Source of the DNA: Marsupella aquatica | Taxonomy: Eukaryota > Plantae > Marchantiophyta | NCBI GenBank assembly: GCA_973895155.1 | Contig: OZ316892.1 | Span: forward strand, 27,490,307 to 27,554,306 | DNA: 64,000 nucleotides | Reading direction: 5' to 3' | In this document: positions 1 through 13,732 of the stretch, piece by piece | Layout of the letters: the number at the start of each line of letters is the position of its first letter | How positions within the stretch are numbered: the stretch's first letter is position 1 | Notes under the pieces: model-generated | Databases searched by the model: none | Told to the model about the DNA's origin: nothing | Seen by the model: the letters and a program-made list of their open reading frames with translations, nothing else | Position numbers and translations under genes: made by a program

Positions 1-1265
1 CAATTTAGTTGATATCTGGTTTGTGTCATTTAGTTAGGGTTTACTGGAATATTCGGCCCTTGTATCACTAATTGGTAAAAATTTCCAAGCGAGTTATAGC
101 AGGGACTCCTCATTTGTTTTGTCACGAAAGTGTGTTCTTTGATTGACCTGAGTTGTGCTCTGTTCATGTCAAATTTCATACTTTTTTGAATTTCTCTGGA
201 ATGTCACTTCTCCTGCAAGGAGATTTGAGTTCATTGATGTTATGCTGTACAATGAACTTGATAATCCTTCACGGCTGTCGGGTGTGCTTATCGGTCACTT
301 GATGACTGCGGTTCTTCCTGAATGCAACCGATCTTGAACCTCCGGGTTTTACCCGTCACTTCATGGCATAAGTCGAAACGTTCCAAGAGACATTGCAAAG
401 CCTTATATTCCAAGAGACTATAAGTGACGCGCCTGAAGAATAGTGATGAACGCTCACATGAGTGCAATTGATCTCGTTATATCGATCTGTGAGTGGCACT
501 ATCAATTAATCAATCACTACTCAGAGCATTGAAGGACAAAAGCAACCATAATCTCGTAGCCATTTGTCTAATCTCCTCAGATCATACGAAAACCTTCATC
601 AGACGACTTCAAATACAGACTGGAAAATAGTTCCGTCCCGCAAACCTTCGTAAATGATTTCACGCGCAGATGAAGCACTTGTATCTCATCCATTCAATGC
701 TAGTTACCCACAAGTGTGCTAATTTCTAAAGACTACTGTTGTTTAGGAGAGCTTGAGCTTTCCCGGGGCTCTTATCCTCAATGTTGATGATGAGTGTGTC
801 AACGTTTTAAATAAAGAAGGTCTTCACAAGTTTCGATTACCATATGGAGTCGGCCAAATACTGTACCGACCATAGCTCTTACTAGAAGAATGGAAGAATG
901 TATGAATGTGGATGAATATGAGTTGTGTTTGAACTTTATCCATTGCTAGCCAATGCCCACGCCCATGTGCTGCATAGATTGTTGGTAAATGATGTTGAAT
1001 GGAAGTGTTGTCAAGACAGTCAGACAGTCAGACACTGCAGGGAACCGGCGGGTCAGCCTACCAACTGGACTTCAAGGAGTGTGGAAGCTGTGGGGAGAGT
1101 AACAGGTTGGGAATATATAGAAAGGTGCACGGTAGAAAAGTGCACGGTAGCACAATTACGTCAATCTCATGTCAGGAAAAAGTTTCACCATAATCGAATC
1201 ACTAAGAAAGCTTCCAGCCAAAATGACATTACTTAAAGAGACCATGACAAAGAAAGAGCCGGATT

Positions 1266-1379
1266 GCATATTATTTTGTTTACATGTTTTCCTGCAATAG
1301 GTGGCCCACGCGCGAAAGGATGGCATATTATTTTGTTTACATGTTTTCCTGCAATAGGTGGCCCACGCGCGAAAGGATG
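1266..1379. repeat. Tandem duplication, 2 x 57 bp
   Basis: gcatattattttgtttacatgttttcctgcaataggtggcccacgcgcgaaaggat occurs twice in tandem. Confidence 0.9.
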
Positions 1380-2246
1380 ACAGATGGAGATATGTGTGTG
1401 TGGCATGCTCATGAGGCAGCCTGCAGGGTCTGGGTTTTTGTCACCTGATGGTAGAATATGGGGCAGTTTTAGAGGAGCCATGGTTCAGAAGAAATGCAAA
1501 TTAAATTCCAACAGCCAAGAATGAATCAGGCCCAATGCCCAGTTTGTAATAGGATCACGGGGACAAAATGGCGGATTATTTATTAGCGGGTGTCAAAGAC
1601 ACACCCGTAAGAATTTCTAATGGGAGTAGCCAAAGTGCTGTAAGTATGGTTACGGGTCTCCTTTATGGAGAAACAAAGCATGGGTGACTAGTTTTGACCC
1701 GACTCTTAGCTGTGACGTTATGGGTGGGACCGGTTAGCATGGACGATCCCACAGACAACTTACTCGTGCAGGACAGGAGTGATATCCGAGGCGGATCGTT
1801 GAATACGAGGATAGGGAGTGGAATCCGAGGACGGGGAGTGGAATCCGAGGACGTGGAATTCGTTCAAGTGGAATACGAGGACCAGGTCGAAGCATTTTCT
1901 GAGCTCCTTCACACTCTGTCTCCTTTCCGTTTGTTACTAAATTTGGTTCAAGCATTTTGCCCAAGCTCAGCACATCAATCGTAGCTTTACAAACTCTCTT
2001 GTCTGTGCACAGGCTTTGTGAGCATTCAGTGATCTTCGAATCTGACGTACTGAAGTTCCTGCAATGATGGCTCCTGCAGATCACTTGAACGACTCTGCGG
2101 CAATCGGGACACCCGGTTATCATGGTCTAACAAGAAACTGAGAAGAACCTCGCCCGGTTATTCCTGTCCCGTGCGATTTCTCCCTGCGTATCAACACTTC
2201 TTGTTAAAGAGAGCCCTTAGTGCATTTGGGAATTTTCTTCGTCGGA

Positions 2247-5200
2247 ATGGAGACCATGACATTCGCTTCAGCAGTGGTAGTTATCTTCACCCCATTCCGT
2301 ACTTCTGCCCCGTTTGCTAGGTCGAGAAGAATTCTACAGGAGCCAAATTGATAATTTGTTCGGTGACCTTTTGAGTGCTCGTCGCTTTTTCAAATTCGCT
2401 GAACTGAATTGCGGCGCCTCCATTTCTTACCTTCCCCACTTTTGATTCGTTTGTCTAAATTAGGACCTACCGAAAGTTCAAGAAATGTCGTTGAATCATC
2501 ATGGCTTCTTCTTCTTTTGATTCGTAGTACTACAGCTGAGACGGGTCAGATGGGAATTGCTAAGTACAGAACGAATAATGCATCCTCCTTGCATGTGTTT
2601 TGTCCGAGAAGAACCATCAGGGTGAGGGAAGGTAGACATCCTCCTCGCATTATTCCAGGTCGGAATTTCTCGTAATGTGCGAGCTCTCTGACTATCGCAG
2701 GTTCCAGGTGTTGTGCCCATCAGCAGCAAAGGGACCCCTAAGGGCAGGTCATGCTGCGCTACCCCTCAGAATGTACTTGGTGGGGCTCTCCAAAACGTGA
2801 GAAGCGCCAGCTCTGGATTCCGGTGTGGCGAGCAGTCCTCTGCATGGAAACAGGCAGCCATAGTGTCGACTAAAGGCAAAAGTGGCAAAGCTCACGGTGG
2901 AGCACTTGTCAGCACCTGCGAATATGAGAAGATCTTGGTCGCCAACAGGGGAGAAATTGCAGTGCGTATTATCCGCACAGCTCATGAGATGGGCATTCCC
3001 TGCGTGGCAGTACACTCCACTATTGACCGACAGGCCCTTCACGTGCAACTTGCTGATGAAGCCGTCTGCATCGGGGAGGCTCCTAGTAGTCAGTCGTAAG
3101 CTCCATGATACTTGTACATGTCGATCTATATGGGCGGGATGGCTTTTGCAACCTTACTGTTGGTTGTTGATCTGCGGGGGTGGAAAGGTTCAGTTTCTTC
3201 TTTGCTTCATCAATCTAAACGCAAGCCATTACTGAATGGTACACTAGTCCGGAAAGTGACTTAAATTCCACCGGTTTTTCTGTTTTTTGCAGCTATTTGA
3301 ATATTCCAAACATCGTCTCGGCAGCCCTGAGCCGCCGTTGTACGATGCTGCACCCTGGATATGGTTTCCTTGCTGAGAATGCCACTTTTGTAGACATCTG
3401 CAGGGACCATAGTCTGAACTTCATTGGTCCAAATGTGAGTAACTTCGAGCCTCTAAAACCGTCCAAAAAGTGAATTTTCTCATCTGTCACTTTCTGGGCC
3501 TATACAGAAGGAATGCGTCTGTAGATAAGCCTGTCGGTTCACATCGGCAAGTTCTCGAGACTCACTCTCACTTGTCTGGCTTGGCAGCCCGACAGCATTC
3601 GCGTTATGGGTGACAAGGCTACAGCGCGAGAAACGATGAGGAAGGCCGGTGTGCCCACCGTTCCTGGCAGTGCAGGGCTCATAGAGGTATTTGCAATGTC
3701 TCTCATCATGCCTGGAATTATCTGGTGAAATGCGATACCATGAAGTGCCTACCAGTAACTTACTTTTTGTCATTAGCGATGACGGGATGATGTGCAGTAT
3801 GTAAACAAAGTTAGAATTCGTCAGCATTCACAAGACATTGCAAAAAAGTCGTGAAGCAGTGGATGATCACAACTGAAAATGTCAGTTCATGTCGGGAGCT
3901 GGGTAGATAAGTAGACAAACGGACGGACAAGATAGTTCTGTCACAGGCTGAAGTTGCCGACGCACATGAATACAATAGGGTTATTATTGTTGACCATTGA
4001 TAACTATTAATGTGCAGACAACCGAAGAAGCTATAAGAATTGCCCATGAAATTGGATTCCCCGTTATGATCAAGGTATAGTCTGAAATCCTGCGCATTGA
4101 ATCGTCATTAATAATTGCCTCGTAATCCTTGTGCTTCTAATTAAGTGAAGTCAATTTGTTACGTTATGGACTCTCCAGCAACAGTTGAATCATGCGATAC
4201 GAAAATGTGGCATGGTAGTTTGTGATGATTGGGAAGTTGGTTTTTTGGTTTCAGGCCACTGCTGGAGGAGGAGGGCGAGGTATGCGACTTGCAAAAGAAC
4301 CTGGGGAGTTTGTGAAACTACTACAGGTGAGCTACGCTCTTTCCAACTTGTAGTTTTTCAGGTGCAGCTCTTCAGCTTCGATAAGCAGAGTCCTAGAGAA
4401 ATCTGGTGATGGTTTTACAAAGATATTTGTGTCAAATTGTCACCAGATTAATCTGATCACTGTGACGTTACATAATTAAATGTTAATTTTATACATTTCA
4501 GTAATATGAAATCTGTTCGATTGATGAAATGATTTTATCAAGCTCTGTTCATATCGTTGTTTGTATCTCTGAAAGATGTAGGCAAAGTAATAATGGAGTG
4601 CTTCGTGAACTTTAATCTTGGTCCTTTCTTCGCGTTTCTCAATTGTTTCAATTTAAATAACTCAATCTGTGATCTTGTTGTAAATTTTCCAGCAAGCTCG
4701 AAGTGAAGCTGGAGCTGCTTTTGGCAATGATGGTGTGTACTTGGAGAGATGCATCATGAATCCAAGGCACATCGAGTTTCAGGTGTGCTCAACTTCGATA
4801 ACTTGCGCTGGCAAAATGTCTAGGTCTCTTAAAACTTTATATTTTACAATTAGTTTTTGTTCGATGAGATCGAATTCTAGCTTTGTTCCGTTCTCCTGTA
4901 TTTGATATGTCCCGCCATCAGGGTTTGTGTACCTTTCTAGTAACACCGTTGGCCAACCTTGCAGGTCCTTGCAGACAAGCATGGCAATGTGGTCCATCTT
5001 GGGGAACGTGACTGCAGTATCCAGGTCAGCTTTTGCATGGATGCTAAGAAGTGATGTATGACAGGCTATTGATGTGATTGTTGCACAGGTAAATTGTAGC
5101 AACAAGGTGAATTGGTCCAGGTGTAGGGTAAAGAGCACAAACTAAGGACAGCATTCAGCACTTGTGAAGTACATTATCGTCTTCCAGTGTATGACAGTCA

Positions 5201-7605
5201 GGACTGAATGTATTAGCCGTTTGTGCTGATATCCAGAGGAGGAACCAGAAACTTCTTGAAGAAGCTCCATCACCAGCTTTAACTCCTGAACTCCGTAAGG
5301 CCATGGGAGATGCTGCTGTGGCAGCGGCTGCATCAATTGGTTACGTCGGTGTTGGAACCATAGAGTTTCTGCTGGATGAGGATGGCAAATCTTTCTACTT
5401 CATGGAGATGAATACCCGTATTCAGGTGCTGATAGGAAGTCAAATCACTGGATAGAGGCAATATCTTGTGGTTAGGTGTTCCATTTTTCGGCAAGTTCGA
5501 TTTCTATGCACAACGTTGTCTTCAAAATGGAACCCGTACAGTTGGCTTATGTAAACATATTTCTTTGTTATATTAGAGATACTCCCATGGTATCCGCAGC
5601 GGGTCAGATAAAGCTACTGCCGTAAGATCTATCAGGTCCTTTCCTCCTTGTTTCTGGGAGGTCTTTAGTTTGTGATATGTGGGTGGATAACATGGACTCA
5701 ATATGATAGCAGAAATGCACGTACGAAGTAGTCAAGAAACTTGTAGAGACTTCATTTTCCACACAGCATGCTGGCCTCGGTTGCGCTGACAGCCCTGACT
5801 TGATCAATGGACAGGTGGAACACCCTGTAACGGAGATGATCACCTCTACTGATCTTATTGAGGAGCAGATCCGCGTTGCTTTGGGCGAGAAACTGCGCTT
5901 TAAACAGGTACAAGTTCTGTTTAATCAAAGTCCGAGCAGAGCAGTTCTTCTTTTAGTTCCATGATCGCAAGATTGACATTGTCTGACACCTGGAATGTAC
6001 TATTATCACAGGAGGAGATTGTTATTCGAGGGCATTCTATTGAATGCCGGATTAATGCTGAGGATGCCTTCCGAGGGTTCCGTCCTGGTCCAGGTGAGAT
6101 TTTGGTCCAGTGGGCTTCAGCATTCGCTTGTGATCTGAGTTTGTCAAGAGTTTGGCACTGATTAAGAATTCTACGATCTGCAGGTCGTATTACAGGATAC
6201 TTGCCCCCTGGAGGTCCATTTGTGAGGATGGACAGTCACATCTACACAGACTATGTTGTTCCTCCCAGCTATGACTCGCTTCTCGGCAAGGTATGGTAGG
6301 GCTGTTCTATCGAGGTGGTATCATTCTCTTTGGATGATATCAGTGACTAAACTGCAAGAATTTCTCTGCGCCTGGCACGGAAGTACCAACATGAGAAGAT
6401 ATCTTGGTGTTAGTGCTGACTGCGTCTAAACTCTCTGATCTGTGCTGTCACAGCTTATTGTTTGGGCACCTACAAGGGAGAGAGCCATTGTTCGAATGCA
6501 ACGGGCTCTCAATGATACAATAATAACTGGTCAGGGTTTTACTGAACTTCCAGTTTTGTGTCTTGAGTGGGCTCTGATGTAGAAATCCAAAGTCATCTGA
6601 TACTAATGGGTTTTGACCGCCAGTCGCCTAAAGCTTTACTGCCTGTGCGTACATTTTGCTCAGGAACGTCTTTTTAAAACCAGGAATGCTGCATGTTTTC
6701 TCTGTGCTATGTTGAAGTGTGCCAGAAGAGCTTACGAGCACCATCCAGTCTGCAAGTTTCCTCATCCTCATAAGTCACCTATTGCTGGCTGTTTGTTTTT
6801 GTCAGGCATTCCAACCACGATTGACTACCACAAGCTTCTGTTAGAAGTCCAGGTACATTCTTACCCGAAAGTAGTACAGCACTATCGAAACTTCAAAGGT
6901 TTGGGTGATTTTTGTGAACTGGGTCTCAGTAGAGCAAAGGGCAGTGTTTTGATAGTACAGACTTTCTTGCCATCAGGGAATAATTTGGAACCAATAAAGG
7001 GAGAGTAATATGGCGTCTAATAACATGGACCTCTGTGCTTGCAGGATTTCAAGGATGGGAAGGTGGACACTGCATTCATTCCCAAACATGAAGCCGAGCT
7101 TCAAGCTGTAAGCCTGCTACGCCATCTTTAATCTTTGTTTTGACCTCCTAGTATTGCAGGCAAAACCCTAGTTGCATGTCAGTTTTATGAAGGACTTCTG
7201 TTTCTGAATACCGTTTGAACCTCCATGATGTCTGGTCGTACGAGGTCCATGGATTAGAAAAATTGAAACGTGGGTAGTCTCTGGTAACACGGAGTAAATT
7301 GTGTGGCACTCAGAAGCCGAGATGATTATTACTAGTTACCCTAAGGGCTAGGCAATTCATTTTCTCAACTGTTAAGACGCGACAACCCAGACAATGTCGT
7401 TCATTTTAGGCTATTAAGTAATTTAATGTCCATGCGTTACTAGTGGGACTGCAGGTGTTGATTCTAAATGTAGATGATGTTGTCTGCGATGCTTCCCTCA
7501 TGTTTGACATCGACTGATGTGATTTGTTCTCTCCTTGTGCAGCCTTCTGCAGATAACCCACTTCCGAGTCTTATTAATAGAGAGAAAGTAGCTGCAGTTG
7601 TGTAA
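2247..7605 (+). CDS. CAC2: Plastid acetyl-CoA carboxylase biotin carboxylase subunit (heteromeric ACCase), 16 exons, about 554 aa including transit peptide
   Basis: Manually spliced GT-AG exons: 2247-2276, 2701-3095, 3293-3434, 3588-3686, 4018-4074, 4255-4326, 4693-4782, 4965-5024, 5237-5425, 5815-5907, 6012-6093, 6184-6290, 6454-6529, 6806-6852, 7045-7107, 7543-7605. They sum to 1665 nt in frame. Motifs: [100 protein letters not shown]. The N-terminus is Ser/Gly-rich and transit-peptide-like. Exon 1 ([10 protein letters not shown]) is the least certain. Confidence 0.96.
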
Positions 7606-8009
7606 GAAGTACAACATCTATTTCCGGGCAACAGCCCACTTATAACAGCGTTCCCAACCGTCATTACGAGCACCTCATATGGCGATGGAGGCCGAAATGG
7701 GTTCAAAGAGTGGGCGTTCCCAGCCTTCATTACAAAGCCCGGCTTTAAGAGCATTGATTAGAGATGTGTTGAAACACCTTAGGGCCAATATATGTTCATG
7801 AACGTTCTAAGAACTGCTTAGTTCCTTTAGATTGGGAAACAGAATCAGTAGTGACATTTCTGTCATGTCTTATTGGTCTTATGACGATTATTTGAGAAAA
7901 AGCAGTGTGGAATCGATTTCTTTCCGCAATCTCTCAATCTTTGGATGAGGAATCCATTGGAACGTGCCACAGTGAGAAGCACAGTGTGTTGCAGGCTGTC
8001 ATTTTTGGT

Positions 8010-8012
<3 letters not shown>

Positions 8013-8051
<39 letters not shown>
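8013..8051. repeat. (GA)n microsatellite
   Basis: About 19 uninterrupted GA units. Confidence 0.98.
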
Positions 8052-8052
<1 letters not shown>

Positions 8053-8559
8053 ATTCCCCCCCCTTTGTCACCATGTACTTTTGTGGATCCGCAACTGCCA
8101 TGCTAAGGCCATGAAATGGTCTCAAGTCATACTTTTTCAGCACTGTCAAATGTGATAAACTAGGAAGGACCACTCCATGAGCCCAGTCAAGGTGCTCTAA
8201 CAAGAATTTCCAACTGAGGCCAAAAGTAATGGCATTGATAAGATTGCACCTCTTAGAGCATGTCCAACTCATACGTGGTTCCCTGATGCTAACAGAGTTA
8301 ATTTGGGTCAAACCCAGTAAGTTGTAGTGAAAAATGCAAGCCCATCGGGTTGACTGTAACGCTATTGTCAATTTTGGAAACGGGCTTCCTCCTCCGGGAA
8401 CGGTAAAAGGCCGCTGCAATGGCGCATTGACGGGATTACTTTCGCTTTGATGCGGTTTCCTAGATGAAGATCAGACCGTCCTGAGAGGAAGGAGCTCCTC
8501 GGCAAAAAGGAGTCCTGCTCAATGAAATCATCTCATAACCAGTGGGCTTGCACTATGAC

Positions 8560-9500
8560 AAACCCCGTTAAGCATTTAGTGCATGCCAATAATAGTTGTG
8601 ACATTGCGCTGTATAGTGCAAGGAAACCCCACCCCTTTTGGAGATGCTTTTAGGGGACCATCTCTAAACCTAGGTTGGGGACCAGAAATACAAGGTTGAC
8701 ACTGGTACCAGGTGGTAGTCCCCCAAAACTTATCCCTAGAATCAAATATTTGGAGTATGACAATGAGCTTAGAATGTGCCTGGACCATGTTGAAGCAAGG
8801 GTGGTAAACATTGGGAAGGCTGGTTTGTTTCCACACCAAAGACCTGATCTGTGCCTGGACTCCCTCAAGGTGTCATACTGCCAAAGCCTGATAAGAATGC
8901 ACCCCAAATGCACCACACCTGGACCCGAACGTTAGCACAAGTCAGAGCAATGGATACTTGGGAAAAGTTTGTTGTTGCCCAGGCTCGGGCAGACACATTC
9001 CACACCTTGACCCAATGAGAGCTAGTTTGCCACATCTACCTCCATCCCTGCAATCCAACAAGAACTCAGACACTCTCCACACCTTGACCCAACGAGAGCT
9101 AGTTTGCCACATCTACCCCCATCCCTGCAATCCAACAAGAACTGTGTTGCTTCACAAGACATTGTGGTCACAATCTCATCATTAAATAGGGTCACTCACA
9201 AGCTCCTAAATTGCCACTGGCCATATGTAAGGGATGGGTCCAAGACTTCTCCCTTCTCACATTCCAGTCATTTCTCTCCTCTACCTGCCATTTTGGTCCA
9301 CAATTTCAGGAAAAGTGAGTAAACCTGTAGTCAAGCTCTATCACTATACTCCTCTATCCTTCTAGTTGTTGACTTGCAGGCTCCAACTGGTTTCCTCCCT
9401 TCAAAACAATACAATTATTTCATACTAAACATTCTAGGGTTGTCCTATTGTTTTTTGCCTCTTTGTTGGGTCTCTTGCCTTTGGAATCTTGTCTCCCAAT
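8560..9500 (+). mobile_element. Decayed 3' part of an RLE-type (CRE/R2-like) non-LTR retrotransposon
   Basis: Frame fragments LGDHL (zinc-knuckle-like), GLFPHQRPDLCL (RPD motif of restriction-like endonucleases) and PAILVHNFRK. A T/G-rich tail follows. 9225-9320 resembles 14995-15090. Internal ~70 bp tandem duplication at 8999-9143. Confidence 0.4.
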
Positions 9501-10592
9501 TTGTCACTTTCTGTTATTTTGCAATGTCTTATATTTTCTAGAAAACTGATCTTTGCAGAAGAAAGCAACGTCCCCTTCCAATGTTTTTTTTTCAAATCTT
9601 GCGGTGGAAGCTGAGTGAACAGTGTAGTGGAGCTTCAGTTTGGTTCCACGTGTCACAACGATACGAGACTGGTGTATTGAACTATTTTCTAAACTGGGCA
9701 ACCACCTAGTTATTGGGTGGTGATGAGGATTCGTCTGAGACTTGCTGAAGTTGACCATTGGCATCTTGCATTGGAAAAGCTGAATTAAACCTTCAGCCAG
9801 ATGACCTTTAAATTCCCATTTTGAGTTTCCTCCGGAGAGACTTTTGTGTACAGATCAATGTATTTTGTCCTCCAGGGAGACTTAAGTCAAGTATACATGA
9901 CTTTCAAAAGACCTTTGAAGAAGATTCCACCTATATCCAGTCTCAATGGTTAGAGCCATAACCTGGGATGAGTTCTCTAAGCAAATCGTTTGCTCAGATA
10001 AGATTTCTAAGCTTGTATAAGATTACTTGAAACAAGAATTTTGCCAGGCCAACACATCGTAATTGTAAAAAAACGAAAATTTCTTACAAATTAAAGAACA
10101 TATTTGGATTCCATCCAAACTTATGCCCATAATATACTATTTTATTTAAATCATTTTCAGAGTCTCAATGTTTGGTTGAGTCAAAAGCAAGCCAGGCAAG
10201 AAAGAATATTACAGGAAACAAGGGTTGAATATGTCTGGTGCATTCTGGTTGAAGAAAGACGACGATAAGAATATCATTTTATAGATATTTTTGAACAAAG
10301 AGGGAACTGCACCCCAGACAGAGGAGGCTATGAACCTTGAACACGAATGGGAGGAGTGCAAAACGATTAAGAGACATTATTGATGATGGAAACAAGAAAT
10401 CTATAATTGCTTATAAATCTTGAAAGTATCTTTGACTGGTGAGAAAATCATGCATTTACAACCAATGAAATCTTGATAAAAGCAAAATATATCAGGAAAC
10501 AAAAGCCCAGTTGGACCGACACATTGTCCCCAGTAATGGCATGACGTCTTAGTTTCAAATTCAAGGTCATCAAGTTGTCAAGCTACCAAGGA

Positions 10593-10674
10593 AACCAGTT
10601 TGATAATGTAATTGAAACCGGCTGCAAAGGGTAACCAGTTTGATAATGTAATTGAAACTGGCTGCAAAGGGTAA
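10593..10674. repeat. Tandem duplication, 2 x 40 bp
   Basis: aaccagtttgataatgtaattgaaac(c/t)ggctgcaaagggt occurs twice. Confidence 0.9.
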
Positions 10675-12782
10675 GGAGACCTTTTATAGGTCACATTTCA
10701 GTCAAAAGTATAAACAATGTTATCTGAGTTTAGTTTAAATGTTTTGAGCATTCAAGTTCATCTGCCCTTAATCAATCAGTCCATCTGAGCTTTAGTTTTA
10801 TATATCAAAGAGCTAAATTCTTCCTTAATTTGTGTGATATTGTTCAGTTTTGTGGTGGTGGCCCCAAAAATGCCTCCAAAAACCTTTTGCCACAAGATTC
10901 TCAACAGACTTGCATGGAAGAATATATTTTGTGCCTACTATACTCTATCACACGTTTCACTTTTTGGGAAGAGGCCTAAAATGTATTGTGAGATGACAGG
11001 TACATAATATATAGAGTATGTAGGCCGGTTCATAATTGCTTATTGTGGACGAGAAAAGGGCAATTGATTGATTGAATGAGACAAAGAAATGACCCTAGGA
11101 TTTATTTATCTTGCTTTTCTTGCTCTTTGATTCTTTTTGTGACTGATGTTTTTGAATTTGGTGACTTGGCATTACCATCTTTTAGGCAGGGTGATACTTG
11201 TGATCTGGGCTGTTTGAGTGTGTCAATGTCCAGTATCACCTAGTTGTCTCATAGAGACCCACTGTTGCTTTTCCCACCTGTTCCCTCACCCTGACTTACT
11301 GCCATCCAGGAGGCAAAGTCTACACACTTCACTCTCGATAATAGGCTCCAAAGTATAATTTCCCATCTTGAAACCTGAACCCTAAAATAGCTGCGGCCAA
11401 AACTCAATCATGATAATTAGTGTGGTGATTTTCTAGGTCTGTGCTGCATTCATGGAATCTGTATTTGCTTTTAAAAGTTTTTATGGAAATATTATTTATT
11501 TTAACTAGGATCATTTGAATTTATAATATGAGAACATTTGCTATTGTATAGGAGCATTTTGGTATCCTATCATATCTTTGGTCTTCGTGGTTTTCCCATG
11601 TTTTCTGCACTTTATTGGGTCTCCTTACTCATCTCCACGTTTGGTGCACTTTGTTCTTTGGCAGCCATCCCAGTTGAAAGTTTTGGATGAAGATCCCATC
11701 CAAGGAGGAAATACTTTATTAGCAAAATTTTGCATAGTCAGCGACTGGAAAGGTAGCCTGTGAAAAGCACAAATGTATTTCTTACTTTTTACATGCTGGA
11801 TTGTAGAGTCAATGGGTTAAAAATTGCCAAGAGATGTGGTTGAGATTTTTCCATATAAGATTGACAAGTAATAGATGTGCCACCTTTTGTAAAGAGGGCA
11901 CCCTCAGTTCACCCTTTGCATTTGCTGCAATCACTAAAAAATACCTGCATCCAAGCTTCATATTCCATAAAATTTCATTCAACTAACAAACTTTAAAATA
12001 CAAACAAGGGTGGGCCTTGGAATAAATGTATCATAAGACCACCCCCAACTGTGCAACTACACAGTTGACGGAAGGTGACTCTCCACCAGTACGTGGATAT
12101 AGTCAGGCCATCATGCAAAACCAAAAATGAAGGTCATAAGCATGGGGGGCTATAGGACAAGCTTCCTGGAGGCTATGGGACTCGAGTCCCTTGTTTCAAT
12201 AATTATGCAGCAGAAACATTCGCAAGCCTTGACCCTTGTTGGGAAGTTGCATGAGATATAGTAGAAAAACTGTCTCGATCCGTAGTCTCACTGTGTTAGG
12301 GAGTCTCATATATGAAAAAAAAGGTTCATACACGGGCGGCCCGAGACGCAGTCGGGCGCACCGCGAGAGGGTTGATGCGGGCCAACATTTTTTTGAGTAC
12401 TGAATTATGACACGAGTTGCGGGTGCAAATGCCAATGTCCTATTGTTCGTTAGCCTTTCGTTCCTTGTTCATTTTTTGTAATCCCGGTCGGGCGGAGCTT
12501 TCCTGGGCGTGACTGGTCGGGCACCACAATTACTCAAACGCCCTATATTTGAGACGCCCTATTACATCCCCTGGTTAATTAAATCTGATCTGATGCTACA
12601 GTAGGAGATGTAGTCCATTGGTGGGATGCCCGTTTCCCCATATGGCTAGGATAACTCTCTTATCAGATAAAGGCAAATACCACTTGCGAAAGTTCACCTT
12701 GATTTTGGGTCTACTAAAACTGTCTCCCACCAAGTCACATTGCCCTTTAGGCACAACTTGATGGCTCTCCTAAAATCTAGGG

Positions 12783-12847
12783 AGATCTAAGGGAGAAACT
12801 GGGTATAGCTGGGCGAGATCTAAGGGAGAAACTGGGTATAGCTGGGC
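12783..12847. repeat. Tandem duplication, 2 x ~32 bp
   Basis: gagatctaagggagaaactgggtatagctgggc occurs twice. Confidence 0.88.
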
Positions 12848-13732
12848 AGTGACCCTGACAGCCCTGAGCGAGTGTGCAGTGATATTTGTTACTCACTTCA
12901 ACAAACCTTATTGTGTCCCCAAGACTCAACTTGTCAATAATTACAATATTTATTCATTGCCCTACCCTGCTTGTCTCCACTAGGGCATCTCAAAGCTGAA
13001 TGTTTTTGTACCCAAAGGACACACCCACACCGGTCATTCCCTCGCACAGGCTGCCTGGATCAGGTGGGTCGCCCACCAATTTGGCTACGAAAACTTCTAT
13101 ACTGGGTCTTCTAGTGACCCGGATGTCCACTAAGAGTTTGGTACAATTTGGACCCTCATTTTGCGACACCTAATTTTGGAACCCTATTTACATTATCTCC
13201 GAATGTGAAGCCCGACCAATCACACCCGGAAGTCCTGACCTAAACTGAGGACTTACTGCAATGAAGAGAATACCCAATTTCAATGTGTTCATTGACTCAC
13301 CTGATAATTTTCACACAGTTACTCTCTCAAATCCGAGAGCCCTTAATTATCACTGCCCGCCTATACCAAGTGCATCGTGGGAGGTAATGAGGTGTTTTTT
13401 TCTTCTTCTCAATATTTGAGACCCCTAACTATAGTTTGTTTAGGGCAACTCCGTAAAACGCGCGGAGAGGACGACTCGGGGGCCAGGGCCGGAGAGTAGG
13501 AGTCAACACGGAGAAGCAACGCGGTACTTCACTATGCCTCATGGCAGTAAAACTAATAGTAACCGGGTCGCGATGTCTACTCCACGTGCGTATCAAGAGA
13601 CGAACCCGTGACCCTATCCCGTGAAAAACGTCGCCGGGTTGGGGTACCGGCTGTACTAACTTGGACCGGTTCTGGACCCCGACCGGCGACAAAGCCGCCT
13701 CGACCGTCGCTGCCGCCTTCCCGACACGCCCG

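Noticed and set aside
2501-2527. ATGGCTTCTTCT as a possible CAC2 start (looks like a transit-peptide start)
   Set aside because: It hits an in-frame TAG after 8 codons and lies within the predicted first intron.
7863-8419. ORFs with SLSLSL / ERERER runs
   Set aside because: They are produced by the (GA)n microsatellite.
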